64,000 nucleotides of DNA from Candidatus Poribacteria bacterium (GTDB lineage Bacteria > Poribacteria > WGA-4E > PCPOR2b), in NCBI GenBank assembly GCA_022822785.1, contig JAJEAL010000013.1, forward strand, positions 9,118 through 73,117, read 5' to 3'. Position numbers and translations under genes: made by a program. The first letter of the stretch is position 1. Each line of letters opens with the position of its first letter. This document shows, one piece after another, positions 51,054 to 59,907 of the stretch. The notes below the pieces were generated by a model. It ran no database searches, was not told the DNA's origin, and was given only the letters and a program-made list of their open reading frames with translations.

Positions 51054-52277
51054 ATGCCAAGATTCCGCTACGAAGCACTGACCAATACCGGAACGGTAGT
51101 TACCAACACACAGGAGGCAAGCAGCAAGGCTGAGCTTGTGTCCAGCCTGAAGGTGATGGGATATTGGCCCACGAGCATCGTTGAGGACACCGCAGAAACT
51201 GAGGGGCGGCAAGCAATTAAGATTCCATTCCTTGCCCCCCGGATTAAGCCGGCGGAGGTCGAGTTTTTCACGTATCAGATGGCAACGTTGATTAACGCCT
51301 ATGTTCCGTTATCTCGTGCTTTGGAGGTGACCCTAGAACAGATTACCAACCTTGAGCTCAAGCGGGTAGTCGAACAGGTCAAATACGATGTCGAACACGG
51401 CTCGCCACTTAATGATGCGCTCGCACAGCATCCGCGAGTGTTTTCCGATCTGTATGTGAACATGGTAAAAGCAGGGGAAGCGGGTGGTGTGCTTGGTGTA
51501 GTGTTGGAACGTCTCGCCGAGTTTGCCGAACGACAGCGACTCCTGAAAACGGAGGTGACCTCTGCATTGTTCTATCCCGCCATTTTGCTGGGGCTAAGCA
51601 TCGGTGCCGTGGCGGTTTTAATGACCTTTGTTATTCCTAAGTTCACCGGCATGTTCGCCGAATTGGACGTTGAATTGCCGGGCCCAACACAATTTCTTAT
51701 CAGTATCACGAATTTCCTGAGTGTTTACTGGTGGATAATTTCAATCGCGATTATTGGCAGTGTTTTCGCGCTCAGACAGTACATTCGTACAGATACCGGA
51801 CGATTGGCTTTTGATCGCGTGAAGATTCAACTTCCCATCATTGGGGTAATCTTCAGCAACTTTGCGCTGGTACGCTTTACACGAACAATGGCAACACTGC
51901 TTGAAAACGGTGTTATACTTCTACCAGCCCTTCGCGTTGTTAAAGACACCATCGGAAATTCGGTCTACAGTAATGCAGTCGCAACCGCGGAAGAAGAAAT
52001 TGAACGGGGTTCAACCTTGTCGCGAGAATTGGAACGGAGTGCTGCCTTCCCTCCTCTACTCACCCATATGGTCGCGATTGGTGAGGAATCCGGCGATCCT
52101 GAACAGATGTTGACGAAACTAGCGATATATTACGATTTAGAAATCAAGAAAAATCTAGAACGATTGACTAATTCAATTGGGCCATTGGTGATTTTATTTA
52201 TGGGGTTGTTGATTGGGTTTATCGCCGTCGCGATGATACTCCCAATCTTTGAAGCTAGCACATCGCTCGGCGGATAA
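51054..52277 (+). CDS. gspF: Inner-membrane platform protein GspF/PilC
   Basis: YVNMVKAGEAGG.L..VLERLA, ALFYP, GEESG. Confidence 0.92.
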   Translation: MPRFRYEALTNTGTVVTNTQEASSKAELVSSLKVMGYWPTSIVEDTAETEGRQAIKIPFLAPRIKPAEVEFFTYQMATLINAYVPLSRALEVTLEQITNLELKRVVEQVKYDVEHGSPLNDALAQHPRVFSDLYVNMVKAGEAGGVLGVVLERLAEFAERQRLLKTEVTSALFYPAILLGLSIGAVAVLMTFVIPKFTGMFAELDVELPGPTQFLISITNFLSVYWWIISIAIIGSVFALRQYIRTDTGRLAFDRVKIQLPIIGVIFSNFALVRFTRTMATLLENGVILLPALRVVKDTIGNSVYSNAVATAEEEIERGSTLSRELERSAAFPPLLTHMVAIGEESGDPEQMLTKLAIYYDLEIKKNLERLTNSIGPLVILFMGLLIGFIAVAMILPIFEASTSLGG

Positions 52278-52313
52278 CTATTACCCTGTTATCATCAAGA
52301 TAGGAGGTAAAAT

Positions 52314-52763
52314 ATGCTCAAACGGTTAAAATCAGACGAATCGGGCTTGACACTTATCGAAATTACGATTGTGATTGTCATTCTCGGTCTATTGGCAAGT
52401 TTTATTGCACCGCGGGTTTTGAACGCGCCAGATAAGGCGAAAGTCGCCAAAGCAAGGGTGGAGATTAGTGCTTTGGAAAACGCACTAGAGATGTACGCGA
52501 TAGAGGTCGGGGACTATCCGACGGCAGAGCAAAATTTACAGGCACTTTGGCGAATGCCCAACCCGGAACCTGAAAATTGGAACGGTCCTTATATCACGAA
52601 GCCAACGTTCACAGATCCGTGGGGAAATACTTACATCTATGTCTATCCCGGTCTTCACGAAGGCTATGATTACGACCTCTACTCGCTTGGCAAGGACGGT
52701 AAGGAAGGCGGACAGGAATTCGACGCTGATATCACAAACTGGATAGCGGAAATAACCGAGTAA
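52314..52763 (+). CDS. gspG: Major pseudopilin GspG
   Basis: G|LTLIEI prepilin site, WNGPY, DPWG..Y.Y..PG, SLGKDGKEGG. Confidence 0.92.
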   Translation: MLKRLKSDESGLTLIEITIVIVILGLLASFIAPRVLNAPDKAKVAKARVEISALENALEMYAIEVGDYPTAEQNLQALWRMPNPEPENWNGPYITKPTFTDPWGNTYIYVYPGLHEGYDYDLYSLGKDGKEGGQEFDADITNWIAEITE

Positions 52764-52779
52764 GACGGATTCGTGCGCC

Positions 52780-53676
52780 TTGTCGTTCTTTATTGACCGA
52801 ACATCCGTTTCACTCCTTGAAGGTGAAGGCATGTATCTGCCTAGACGGATTTTTTGTTCAGACAGGGATTCGTCCCGAAAATACTCGGCGTGTAGTGTGA
52901 CAGGCTTGGCTCGCTTAATCCGGCGCGTTCGACAGCGTCGCTGGAATCTTCTTAATCCCGCAGAGGATCATGGTTGCTATTTGTCTGTGATTCGACGCTT
53001 GTTTGACCGTGTTAGACGGGGTTCATACCCGCTTACTTCAAACGGCTTCACGTTGATTGAGGTCATGATTGTGCTTGCGTTAATCGCAATCCTTTCCTCT
53101 ATCGCAATGCCCTCTCTACGCGGATTCGCCACATCAACGCGCTTGAAATCCACCGCTCACGCCATCCGAGATATGCTCAACTTTGCGCGAGATATGGCAA
53201 TCACTGAGCGCGCAGCTCACCTTGTTGTGTTTGATTTGGCAGCGAATCGTTACTGGCTTGCCACTAGCGAAACCTTCAATCCCGCCGATCCGTCCACGCC
53301 TTTAACCGCGAGCTCATTAAGTTCCCAACCTGCTGCCCAACAGGCACCATTAGCTCAAGAAACAACCGCATTGCAGCAAACGTCCCCTGTACGAACCAAT
53401 GCGATCTTGGGTATACCACAGAAACCGGCTCATAATGTTAGTTTAGCGCGTATGATAACGAGTCACAACTTTCAGACCCATCAGATCGATACCGGTGTGG
53501 ATTATATTTACTTCTCTCCAACAGGATCATCGGAGGATACCGCGTTGTATATTCAAGATCGACGCGGGAAAGCAATGGCTGTTACAGTTGAGAACGCAAC
53601 AGGCCGGATCCGCCTGCAAAAAATCAGCTCGCAGCAACTTGATACGTTAGGATTGGCAGATGAATCGTCTGAATAA
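52780..53676 (+). CDS. Minor pseudopilin, GspH/FimT-like (start uncertain)
   Basis: G|FTLIEVMIV prepilin site followed by a hydrophobic helix. Confidence 0.75.
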   Translation: MSFFIDRTSVSLLEGEGMYLPRRIFCSDRDSSRKYSACSVTGLARLIRRVRQRRWNLLNPAEDHGCYLSVIRRLFDRVRRGSYPLTSNGFTLIEVMIVLALIAILSSIAMPSLRGFATSTRLKSTAHAIRDMLNFARDMAITERAAHLVVFDLAANRYWLATSETFNPADPSTPLTASSLSSQPAAQQAPLAQETTALQQTSPVRTNAILGIPQKPAHNVSLARMITSHNFQTHQIDTGVDYIYFSPTGSSEDTALYIQDRRGKAMAVTVENATGRIRLQKISSQQLDTLGLADESSE

Positions 53677-54118
53677 TTTAATCTCACCTGTCCACCGATT
53701 CGTGGACGACAAAAGCGGTTTCACTTTAATCGAAATCGTGGTTGCGCTCGCTATTTTGTCATTAGCCCTGCCGGCGCTACTCCGTTCCTTTACAGAAGCG
53801 GCAAAAGGACAAGCATTAACAGAAAATAGAACAACTGCCTTGTATCTCCTTAAATTTCGGATGGCGGCAATTGAGGCAGAAGGCTATCCGGATATCGGTG
53901 AAGAGGATGGCGAATTTGGAGAGGACTCACGGTTTCGTTGGCATTCAGACGTTCAAGACGTAGAATCGGAGGAAATTGAAGGGCTGCGATTGGTTACCAT
54001 CACTGTGACATGGCAAGAACGTGGAAACGAGCGGGTAATTTCGGCGAGCACATATCTCGCAGACCGGCAGATACCACAACCAGAGCAGGCGCAGGGCGGT
54101 CAACAAGGAGGGAACTGA
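53660..54118 (+). CDS. Minor pseudopilin, GspI-like
   Basis: G|FTLIEIVVAL; VTITVTW. Confidence 0.75.
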   Translation: MNRLNNLISPVHRFVDDKSGFTLIEIVVALAILSLALPALLRSFTEAAKGQALTENRTTALYLLKFRMAAIEAEGYPDIGEEDGEFGEDSRFRWHSDVQDVESEEIEGLRLVTITVTWQERGNERVISASTYLADRQIPQPEQAQGGQQGGN

Positions 54119-55020
54119 TGAAGTCTCGCATTTCACGGCTTACACTCCGCGCTGATGGTTTTACCCTTCTCGAACTACTCGTCGCTGTCAGTATCTTGGT
54201 CATTATTGGTGGTGCCTCATATACGGCGTTCAATGCTGCACTTGATATTTACCGAAAATCCGAATCGCGGATTGTGATGACACAGAAATGTCGGACTGCG
54301 TTAGAGCGCGTTGCCACAGATTTGAGCAACCTGCAAGCTGTGCAAGGCGATGAATCACTTCTCATTGTGTCGCAGGATAACCCGCTCGAAGAGGGGGTGG
54401 ACCGGGATGTAATTAGTTTCGTAACGTTGATCCACACCGATCCTGACCCATTCTTGGCTGAGTTGAATGCGGCGAACCAAACGGTTATAGCCGACGGGGC
54501 AGGTAATTCAGAGGAATTGGTAAGCGATGTTCAACGGGTCGCCTACTATATTGGAATGGATACCGCCGGACAGATTGCAAATGAGGAAGATGATGAAATC
54601 GAAGTAGGGGGACAGATGTTGACCCCAGATAGCGGAGCGGAGGGAGGGTTCGCCCTTTTCCGCCTTTCAACCACGGCTCTGGAGGTAGAAACCGTTATCC
54701 AACCGTTGCTTGAATCCGAAACGCTCCCGACAGAGGATGAAGATGGCAATCCAATCTACGTGAATATTGTTCCGATCATCGACCAGGTTATCTCCTTTGA
54801 TGTAAGATATTACGACGGTGAGGAGTGGTACGAATCATGGGATGATACCGAAATGATTCCAGCATCTGTTGTTGCTTGGGTGACAGTCACGACTGAAAAT
54901 GACCGGCAGCAGAATGTTACCGCTAGTACAATAACTCAATCGACCATGATTTATCTACCAATGAGCGCGAACTTCAGCGAACAGACGGCGGGTGAAGGCG
55001 CTGCTAGTTCAGGTGGTTAA
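54118..55020 (+). CDS. Minor pseudopilin, GspJ-like
   Basis: G|FTLLELLVAV; YYDGEEWYESWD..IPASV; ATG overlaps the upstream TGA. Confidence 0.75.
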   Translation: MKSRISRLTLRADGFTLLELLVAVSILVIIGGASYTAFNAALDIYRKSESRIVMTQKCRTALERVATDLSNLQAVQGDESLLIVSQDNPLEEGVDRDVISFVTLIHTDPDPFLAELNAANQTVIADGAGNSEELVSDVQRVAYYIGMDTAGQIANEEDDEIEVGGQMLTPDSGAEGGFALFRLSTTALEVETVIQPLLESETLPTEDEDGNPIYVNIVPIIDQVISFDVRYYDGEEWYESWDDTEMIPASVVAWVTVTTENDRQQNVTASTITQSTMIYLPMSANFSEQTAGEGAASSGG

Positions 55021-55043
55021 GGAAGTGGAGCAGAAAGGGAAGG

Positions 55044-56582
55044 ATGGAAGAGCAGGCAAACTCACTCTTTTATGTCAGGGCCACGGTCCTTTTACAATTC
55101 AGGCGGAATACGTGTAAATTGTATAAGCGGTTCCGCCGGGGACCTCTACGCACCTGCGAGCGTGGACTTTCTCTTATCTCAACACTCTGGCTGGTAACAA
55201 TTCTTTCTGTCCTTGCAACTCAGTTTCTGTATTCCATTCGTCTTGAGCAACGCGCACAGGCAAACTTCGCAGATCGGATAAAGTTCCATTATGCTGCAAA
55301 GGCAGGATTTGAACGAGCAGTTGTGATGCTCCGTGGTGACAGTACCCCTTACGATTCCCTTGGCGAAAGCTGGGCGGATGGAATAAACGAGCAGATTGGA
55401 GATGGAACTACAGTTGAGCCTCCTCTCACTTACCGTGTCAAGATTACCGACGAGGGCACAAAGATTAACATCAACACCGCGGACGCAAGTATGATTCAAG
55501 GGTTATTGGATCTCATAGGTTATCAAGATGCAGAAATAACGGAACAACCGCTCGCTCAGGCGATTGAGCAGGAAAGGCCCTACCGCACTGTGCGAGATCT
55601 TGCACGCGTACAAGGCATGACATCAGATCTACTTTATGGGCCAGGGATGGCTGGAGATCCGAATGCAACCGCGACCACGGGTGGTGGAGTAGCGTCGGAC
55701 GGGACGGAGACACAGCAAGGGATGCCCGGATTGATCGATCTAGTAACGGTCTATTCAATCGATAAAAATACCGACGCAAGCGGTAATGCGCGTGTCAACA
55801 TTAACAACGCGGACGGACAACAACTGACGCAGATTCAAGGGGATAACAATCAGCCCGTTTTCTCCCAAGGGGAAAAGGACGCATTGGTCCAACAGCGTGA
55901 GTTCGATAGTATCGGCGATCTGATTGATGCAGCAGCGGTCACGGAGCAGGTTTTTGACAATATACGGGAGAGGATCAGCGTTGAAAGTAGTGATGAAGAG
56001 GACGACAATACGGTGAACATCAACACCGCCGACGCTGAACAGTTACAGAGTTTAGATGGTATTGACGAAGGCATCGCCGATCGGATTATCGATCACCGCA
56101 GCAGTCAAGGCGACTTTCAGAATGTCGATCAGCTCAAAGAGGTCAAACTGATAACGGAAGAAGAGTTTACTAGCATAGTAGATCAGATTACAACCAAGGA
56201 TGAAGAAACGGTCAGCGGTTACATCAACATCAACACTGCGCCGCAAGAGGTGTTGCAACTTTTGCCGGGCATGGACGCGGACAAAGCCCAAGCCATCATC
56301 ACGCGTCGTGAATCGGAGCCCGAGGATAGTCAGCAAGCTGAAGCATTGGCAGAAGCTGGGATCGAGGGGAACCCTTTTGAGAATATCAGCCAGCTTCTCG
56401 ACCTGGAAGGGATTGATATGGCGACCTTTCGCCAAATCGCAGAATTGGTTACCTATCGCTCACACGGTTTTTTGATTGAAGCGGCCGGTGTCGATAGGCG
56501 CGGTAAACCAATAGCCTCTTGCGTCGGCGCCCTGGATCGCACTGGGGCGCAAATTGTGACCAAGTATTGGCGGCAGAATTAG
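55044..56582 (+). CDS. gspK: GspK-like minor pseudopilin with several ComEA-type helix-hairpin-helix repeats
   Basis: G|LSLISTLW (no E5), DEGTKININTA, four NIN(T/N)A repeats. Confidence 0.8.
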   Translation: MEEQANSLFYVRATVLLQFRRNTCKLYKRFRRGPLRTCERGLSLISTLWLVTILSVLATQFLYSIRLEQRAQANFADRIKFHYAAKAGFERAVVMLRGDSTPYDSLGESWADGINEQIGDGTTVEPPLTYRVKITDEGTKININTADASMIQGLLDLIGYQDAEITEQPLAQAIEQERPYRTVRDLARVQGMTSDLLYGPGMAGDPNATATTGGGVASDGTETQQGMPGLIDLVTVYSIDKNTDASGNARVNINNADGQQLTQIQGDNNQPVFSQGEKDALVQQREFDSIGDLIDAAAVTEQVFDNIRERISVESSDEEDDNTVNINTADAEQLQSLDGIDEGIADRIIDHRSSQGDFQNVDQLKEVKLITEEEFTSIVDQITTKDEETVSGYININTAPQEVLQLLPGMDADKAQAIITRRESEPEDSQQAEALAEAGIEGNPFENISQLLDLEGIDMATFRQIAELVTYRSHGFLIEAAGVDRRGKPIASCVGALDRTGAQIVTKYWRQN

Positions 56583-56594
56583 GTGGAGAAGGTT

Positions 56595-58259
56595 ATGGCA
56601 AAGAACCAAATTATCTCCATTGATATTGGAGCAAGCACAATCAAGTTGGTCCAGCTCGAGCAAACCGCGTCAGGCATTCGTCTTGTGAACGCGGGGATAG
56701 AGGCATATTCCCAGACAAACCCACCGGCAGCGATCTCGCCCGAAGTTATATCCGAAACTTTAGAGCGTCTCTGGAGGCGTGTAGGCGCACGCAGCACTTC
56801 AGTAACCCTGTCAATTCCCCGCTTGTCGGTTACCTCGCGTCGATTGACAAATTTGCCTGCGGTCGCCGCAGATGACCAACTCTCAGACCTCGTTGCTATG
56901 CAGGCGGAAACGGAACTTCCTTTCCGAGCGGAAGGGGCGATTTACGATTATCACGACGTGCAGCGCTTAGAGGATGCCCTATCGGTTGAATTGATTGCTG
57001 CGAAGCGCGAGACGGTGCAGCAACAGATTGATTATCTGAAGCCGCTCGGTCTCACACCTATAGGTGTAATCCCTTCAACACTAGCGACAAGCGTATTGGC
57101 AGGAATGGAAACCGTTAGGAATAACGCATCACCGGAAATGACTATGGTTGTGGATATCGGTGCGGGACGAACAGACCTATGCTTAATCGATGGAGCTGCC
57201 CTACGGTTTTCACGCAGCTTTCCCATCGGCGGGAACGATTTAACACATCTATATCAGCGCGAGATGGGCGGTGATTTTGAACTCGCTGAAAATCGAAAGA
57301 TTGTGAACGCTGCCTTAGATCAACAATCTGAAAGCGACACAGCTTGTTATGAGTGGGCAGACGGACTTGCTGCGGAGTTGGGGCGATCTATCAACGGTGC
57401 AAAACGAGAATTGGACATCAATGACGAGAGGATTGTCGGCGAAATCTGGTTGTGCGGCGGGGGAGCACGTATCCGCGGGTTGGCAGGCTACATCGCCGAT
57501 CGATTGGAAATTCCAGCCCGACTCTGGAATCCACTGGATACTTTTCAGGAGGTAGCGGACGAACAATATGCTAACTTCCACTCTGTTGATGGTTTCGGGG
57601 ATACGCTCGCTGTCACATTGGGGTCGGGAGTCAATGCGTTGACCTCGCAGATTGCTCTAGATCTCCTCCCTTCGGAAGAGAAGGTCAAACTGACACAAGC
57701 TCAACAGCGGAAGCGAACATTAATGGCTGCCGCAGCTGGATTGGCACTGCTCGTGGGACTTGGACTTGGCGGATTCACGTGGAGCAAGATTCATCAGGCG
57801 AAGATTGTCACTCTAGATGGAGCGATTAGAAACATCAGACAAGCCGAATCCAATGCCAAAAAGACATTGACTAAAGATTTAGCCATCGCGAATCTGCTAG
57901 CCCCTCGAATTTCGCCGCTCGATATAGTGCGTGAGCTGAGCGTGCGGTTCGCCGATCGTACAAGGGTCGCTTGGACAACACTTAACATGAGTAGATTAGA
58001 TGACCCGGAAAGAACAAAGATTACTTTCAATCTCGAAGCCCAATCGCACCAAGATGTGAGTCAGACGATCAGTATGATGGCACAATCAGGGGTATTTACG
58101 AACATCAAATCCGGTCAGGTCACAAGCATCGAACGCGATAAGAGGCCGATTTTCCAAGTACAGATTACCTGCAATCTGGCACAAGATGCGATACAGCAGT
58201 TTGCCCAAACCCGTCATTTCAATCAGAATCTGTCTCGCAGCTCCGAGACTAGCGACTAA
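56595..58259 (+). CDS. GspL-like protein: PilM actin-like domain fused to a TM segment and a PilN-like domain
   Basis: IDIGASTIKLVQL, VDIGAGRTD, IGGNDLT, LCGGGARI..LA; TM around residue 385; ferredoxin-like C-terminus. Confidence 0.8.
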   Translation: MAKNQIISIDIGASTIKLVQLEQTASGIRLVNAGIEAYSQTNPPAAISPEVISETLERLWRRVGARSTSVTLSIPRLSVTSRRLTNLPAVAADDQLSDLVAMQAETELPFRAEGAIYDYHDVQRLEDALSVELIAAKRETVQQQIDYLKPLGLTPIGVIPSTLATSVLAGMETVRNNASPEMTMVVDIGAGRTDLCLIDGAALRFSRSFPIGGNDLTHLYQREMGGDFELAENRKIVNAALDQQSESDTACYEWADGLAAELGRSINGAKRELDINDERIVGEIWLCGGGARIRGLAGYIADRLEIPARLWNPLDTFQEVADEQYANFHSVDGFGDTLAVTLGSGVNALTSQIALDLLPSEEKVKLTQAQQRKRTLMAAAAGLALLVGLGLGGFTWSKIHQAKIVTLDGAIRNIRQAESNAKKTLTKDLAIANLLAPRISPLDIVRELSVRFADRTRVAWTTLNMSRLDDPERTKITFNLEAQSHQDVSQTISMMAQSGVFTNIKSGQVTSIERDKRPIFQVQITCNLAQDAIQQFAQTRHFNQNLSRSSETSD

Positions 58260-58293
58260 GAAAAGACGCTGAGGAACAAAAGAGAGTTGACCA

Positions 58294-59742
58294 ATGAGAA
58301 AACTCACACGTCGTGAAATCATATTAATTGCTGTCCTTGCCCTCGCGCTCTTGATTCTTCTCGCTCAACCGATCATTCGACAAGGTTTCCCGGACGATGA
58401 ACTCACCACAAAACAAGAAAGACTTCAAACAGCCCAGAATCTGGTACAACTTGCCAAAGTTACGCAGCAAGTTGACCGAGAGATTCAAGCGCAAGTCGGT
58501 TTAGAAGGTCAGATTATCTCTGATTCTCTGTTTGAGGAAATTGTAAGTCGGGTTGATTTAGAAGCGCTTAATCAAGCGACTCGTGCTTCTGCATTGGCGG
58601 CGCTACATCCCGCTCTTGAGGATAAGGCAGGTTCACTGCTCGCCTATAAGAAACATTATGGCGAATTTGGGAGTTTAGAGCAGTTAAGGGAGATACGGGG
58701 GCCTATCTTTGAGGGGGAGCAGGCGCAGGCAGTCATTTCGCGGCGAATTTCAGACCTTGCAAAAAGAGCGGGGTTGCGTCCCAACTATCAACTCAATATT
58801 AGACCGACGCCGGGGGCGAAATCTGAAAAACTTCCGCCGCGGACGAAGAAAAATCTAGTCTACCATCTCTACCTAGGTGCGCTAGAAACCGAACTCAAAC
58901 AGCTGCAAACACAACAAGAAACCATAGCAAAAACGGAGGAACAACGACAAACCCAAACCGAAGAAGAGATGATGGAGACGATGTTCAACACGTGGTGGGA
59001 GAAAGATGATACAGAAGATACGGAAAAAGAAGATGCACTAGAGATGGAAGAACAACCATCCAAAGACGATCTACCCGAAGGATCTGGTTCGGCGGTCAAT
59101 TCCGTACCAACTGAGGATAAGTCCGCGAAACACCTCCAGCGGGAAGCTAACAATCAATTCCCATCGCTTCCCGAAGTTATCCCTTTAACGCTGCGGATAG
59201 AGCTGCTGCGGTTTATTCAATCAAACCTGAAACAGCAATTGGCTGGAGTCCAAGAATCTAACCAGGGGTTCCTTGAAGTTCAAATCACCCGACAGACCAA
59301 CGATACGGATGGCGGCTTTTTGGGCATCGGTGCCACAAAGGAGACAACAGCTATTAAGTTCAGACCTAACAGTGTATTGTTGTCGAGATTCGAGACGCTA
59401 ATTGACGGCTATGAGGCGAAGCAGCCCTATAGCACGGCAGAGATGGAACAACCACTGGATTATGATCAGCAAATTCGCGCGCTCACCGCGTACGTTGATC
59501 AGATTTTGGGACAGGAAGATAAACTTGAAAGTTGGCTTGCAACCGTGCCCGCTACTTATCAACCCGAAACTTACATCGTTGACATGCGCTTCAGTAACAA
59601 TATTGAGCGAATTGTCCGGCTAATTCACGCCCTCGAATCAAGTTCAAAATGGTTGCAGGTCAGAGATTTGCAGATCACCATAGCGGACAAGAAGGAAACA
59701 ACCATCAGTACAAACCTCTCAATGATTGCAAGGGTATTCTAG
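58294..59742 (+). CDS. GspM/PilO-like protein, greatly enlarged by insertions
   Basis: MRKLTRRE + N-terminal TM; C-terminal IVRLIHALES..LQVRDLQI; internal HhH-like and acidic segments. Confidence 0.6.
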   Translation: MRKLTRREIILIAVLALALLILLAQPIIRQGFPDDELTTKQERLQTAQNLVQLAKVTQQVDREIQAQVGLEGQIISDSLFEEIVSRVDLEALNQATRASALAALHPALEDKAGSLLAYKKHYGEFGSLEQLREIRGPIFEGEQAQAVISRRISDLAKRAGLRPNYQLNIRPTPGAKSEKLPPRTKKNLVYHLYLGALETELKQLQTQQETIAKTEEQRQTQTEEEMMETMFNTWWEKDDTEDTEKEDALEMEEQPSKDDLPEGSGSAVNSVPTEDKSAKHLQREANNQFPSLPEVIPLTLRIELLRFIQSNLKQQLAGVQESNQGFLEVQITRQTNDTDGGFLGIGATKETTAIKFRPNSVLLSRFETLIDGYEAKQPYSTAEMEQPLDYDQQIRALTAYVDQILGQEDKLESWLATVPATYQPETYIVDMRFSNNIERIVRLIHALESSSKWLQVRDLQITIADKKETTISTNLSMIARVF

Positions 59743-59907
59743 TGAAATGTAGAGAGTTCTCCGCTTCTCGCAACGAACCCTCAACCGAGCAAGGTAAAAT
59801 GTAATAAAATGCAGAGACACACGAAGACAAAGTTTGTTCTTTATATTGATGTGGCTTTGTATTCTAGCGTTCAATTTTCTCCAGATGTCTAAAGGAAGGT
59901 TCTGACA

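Noticed and set aside
52780-53040. Long N-terminal leader of the GspH-like pilin
   Set aside because: The start codon is uncertain, so the apparent extension may be an ORF-calling artefact
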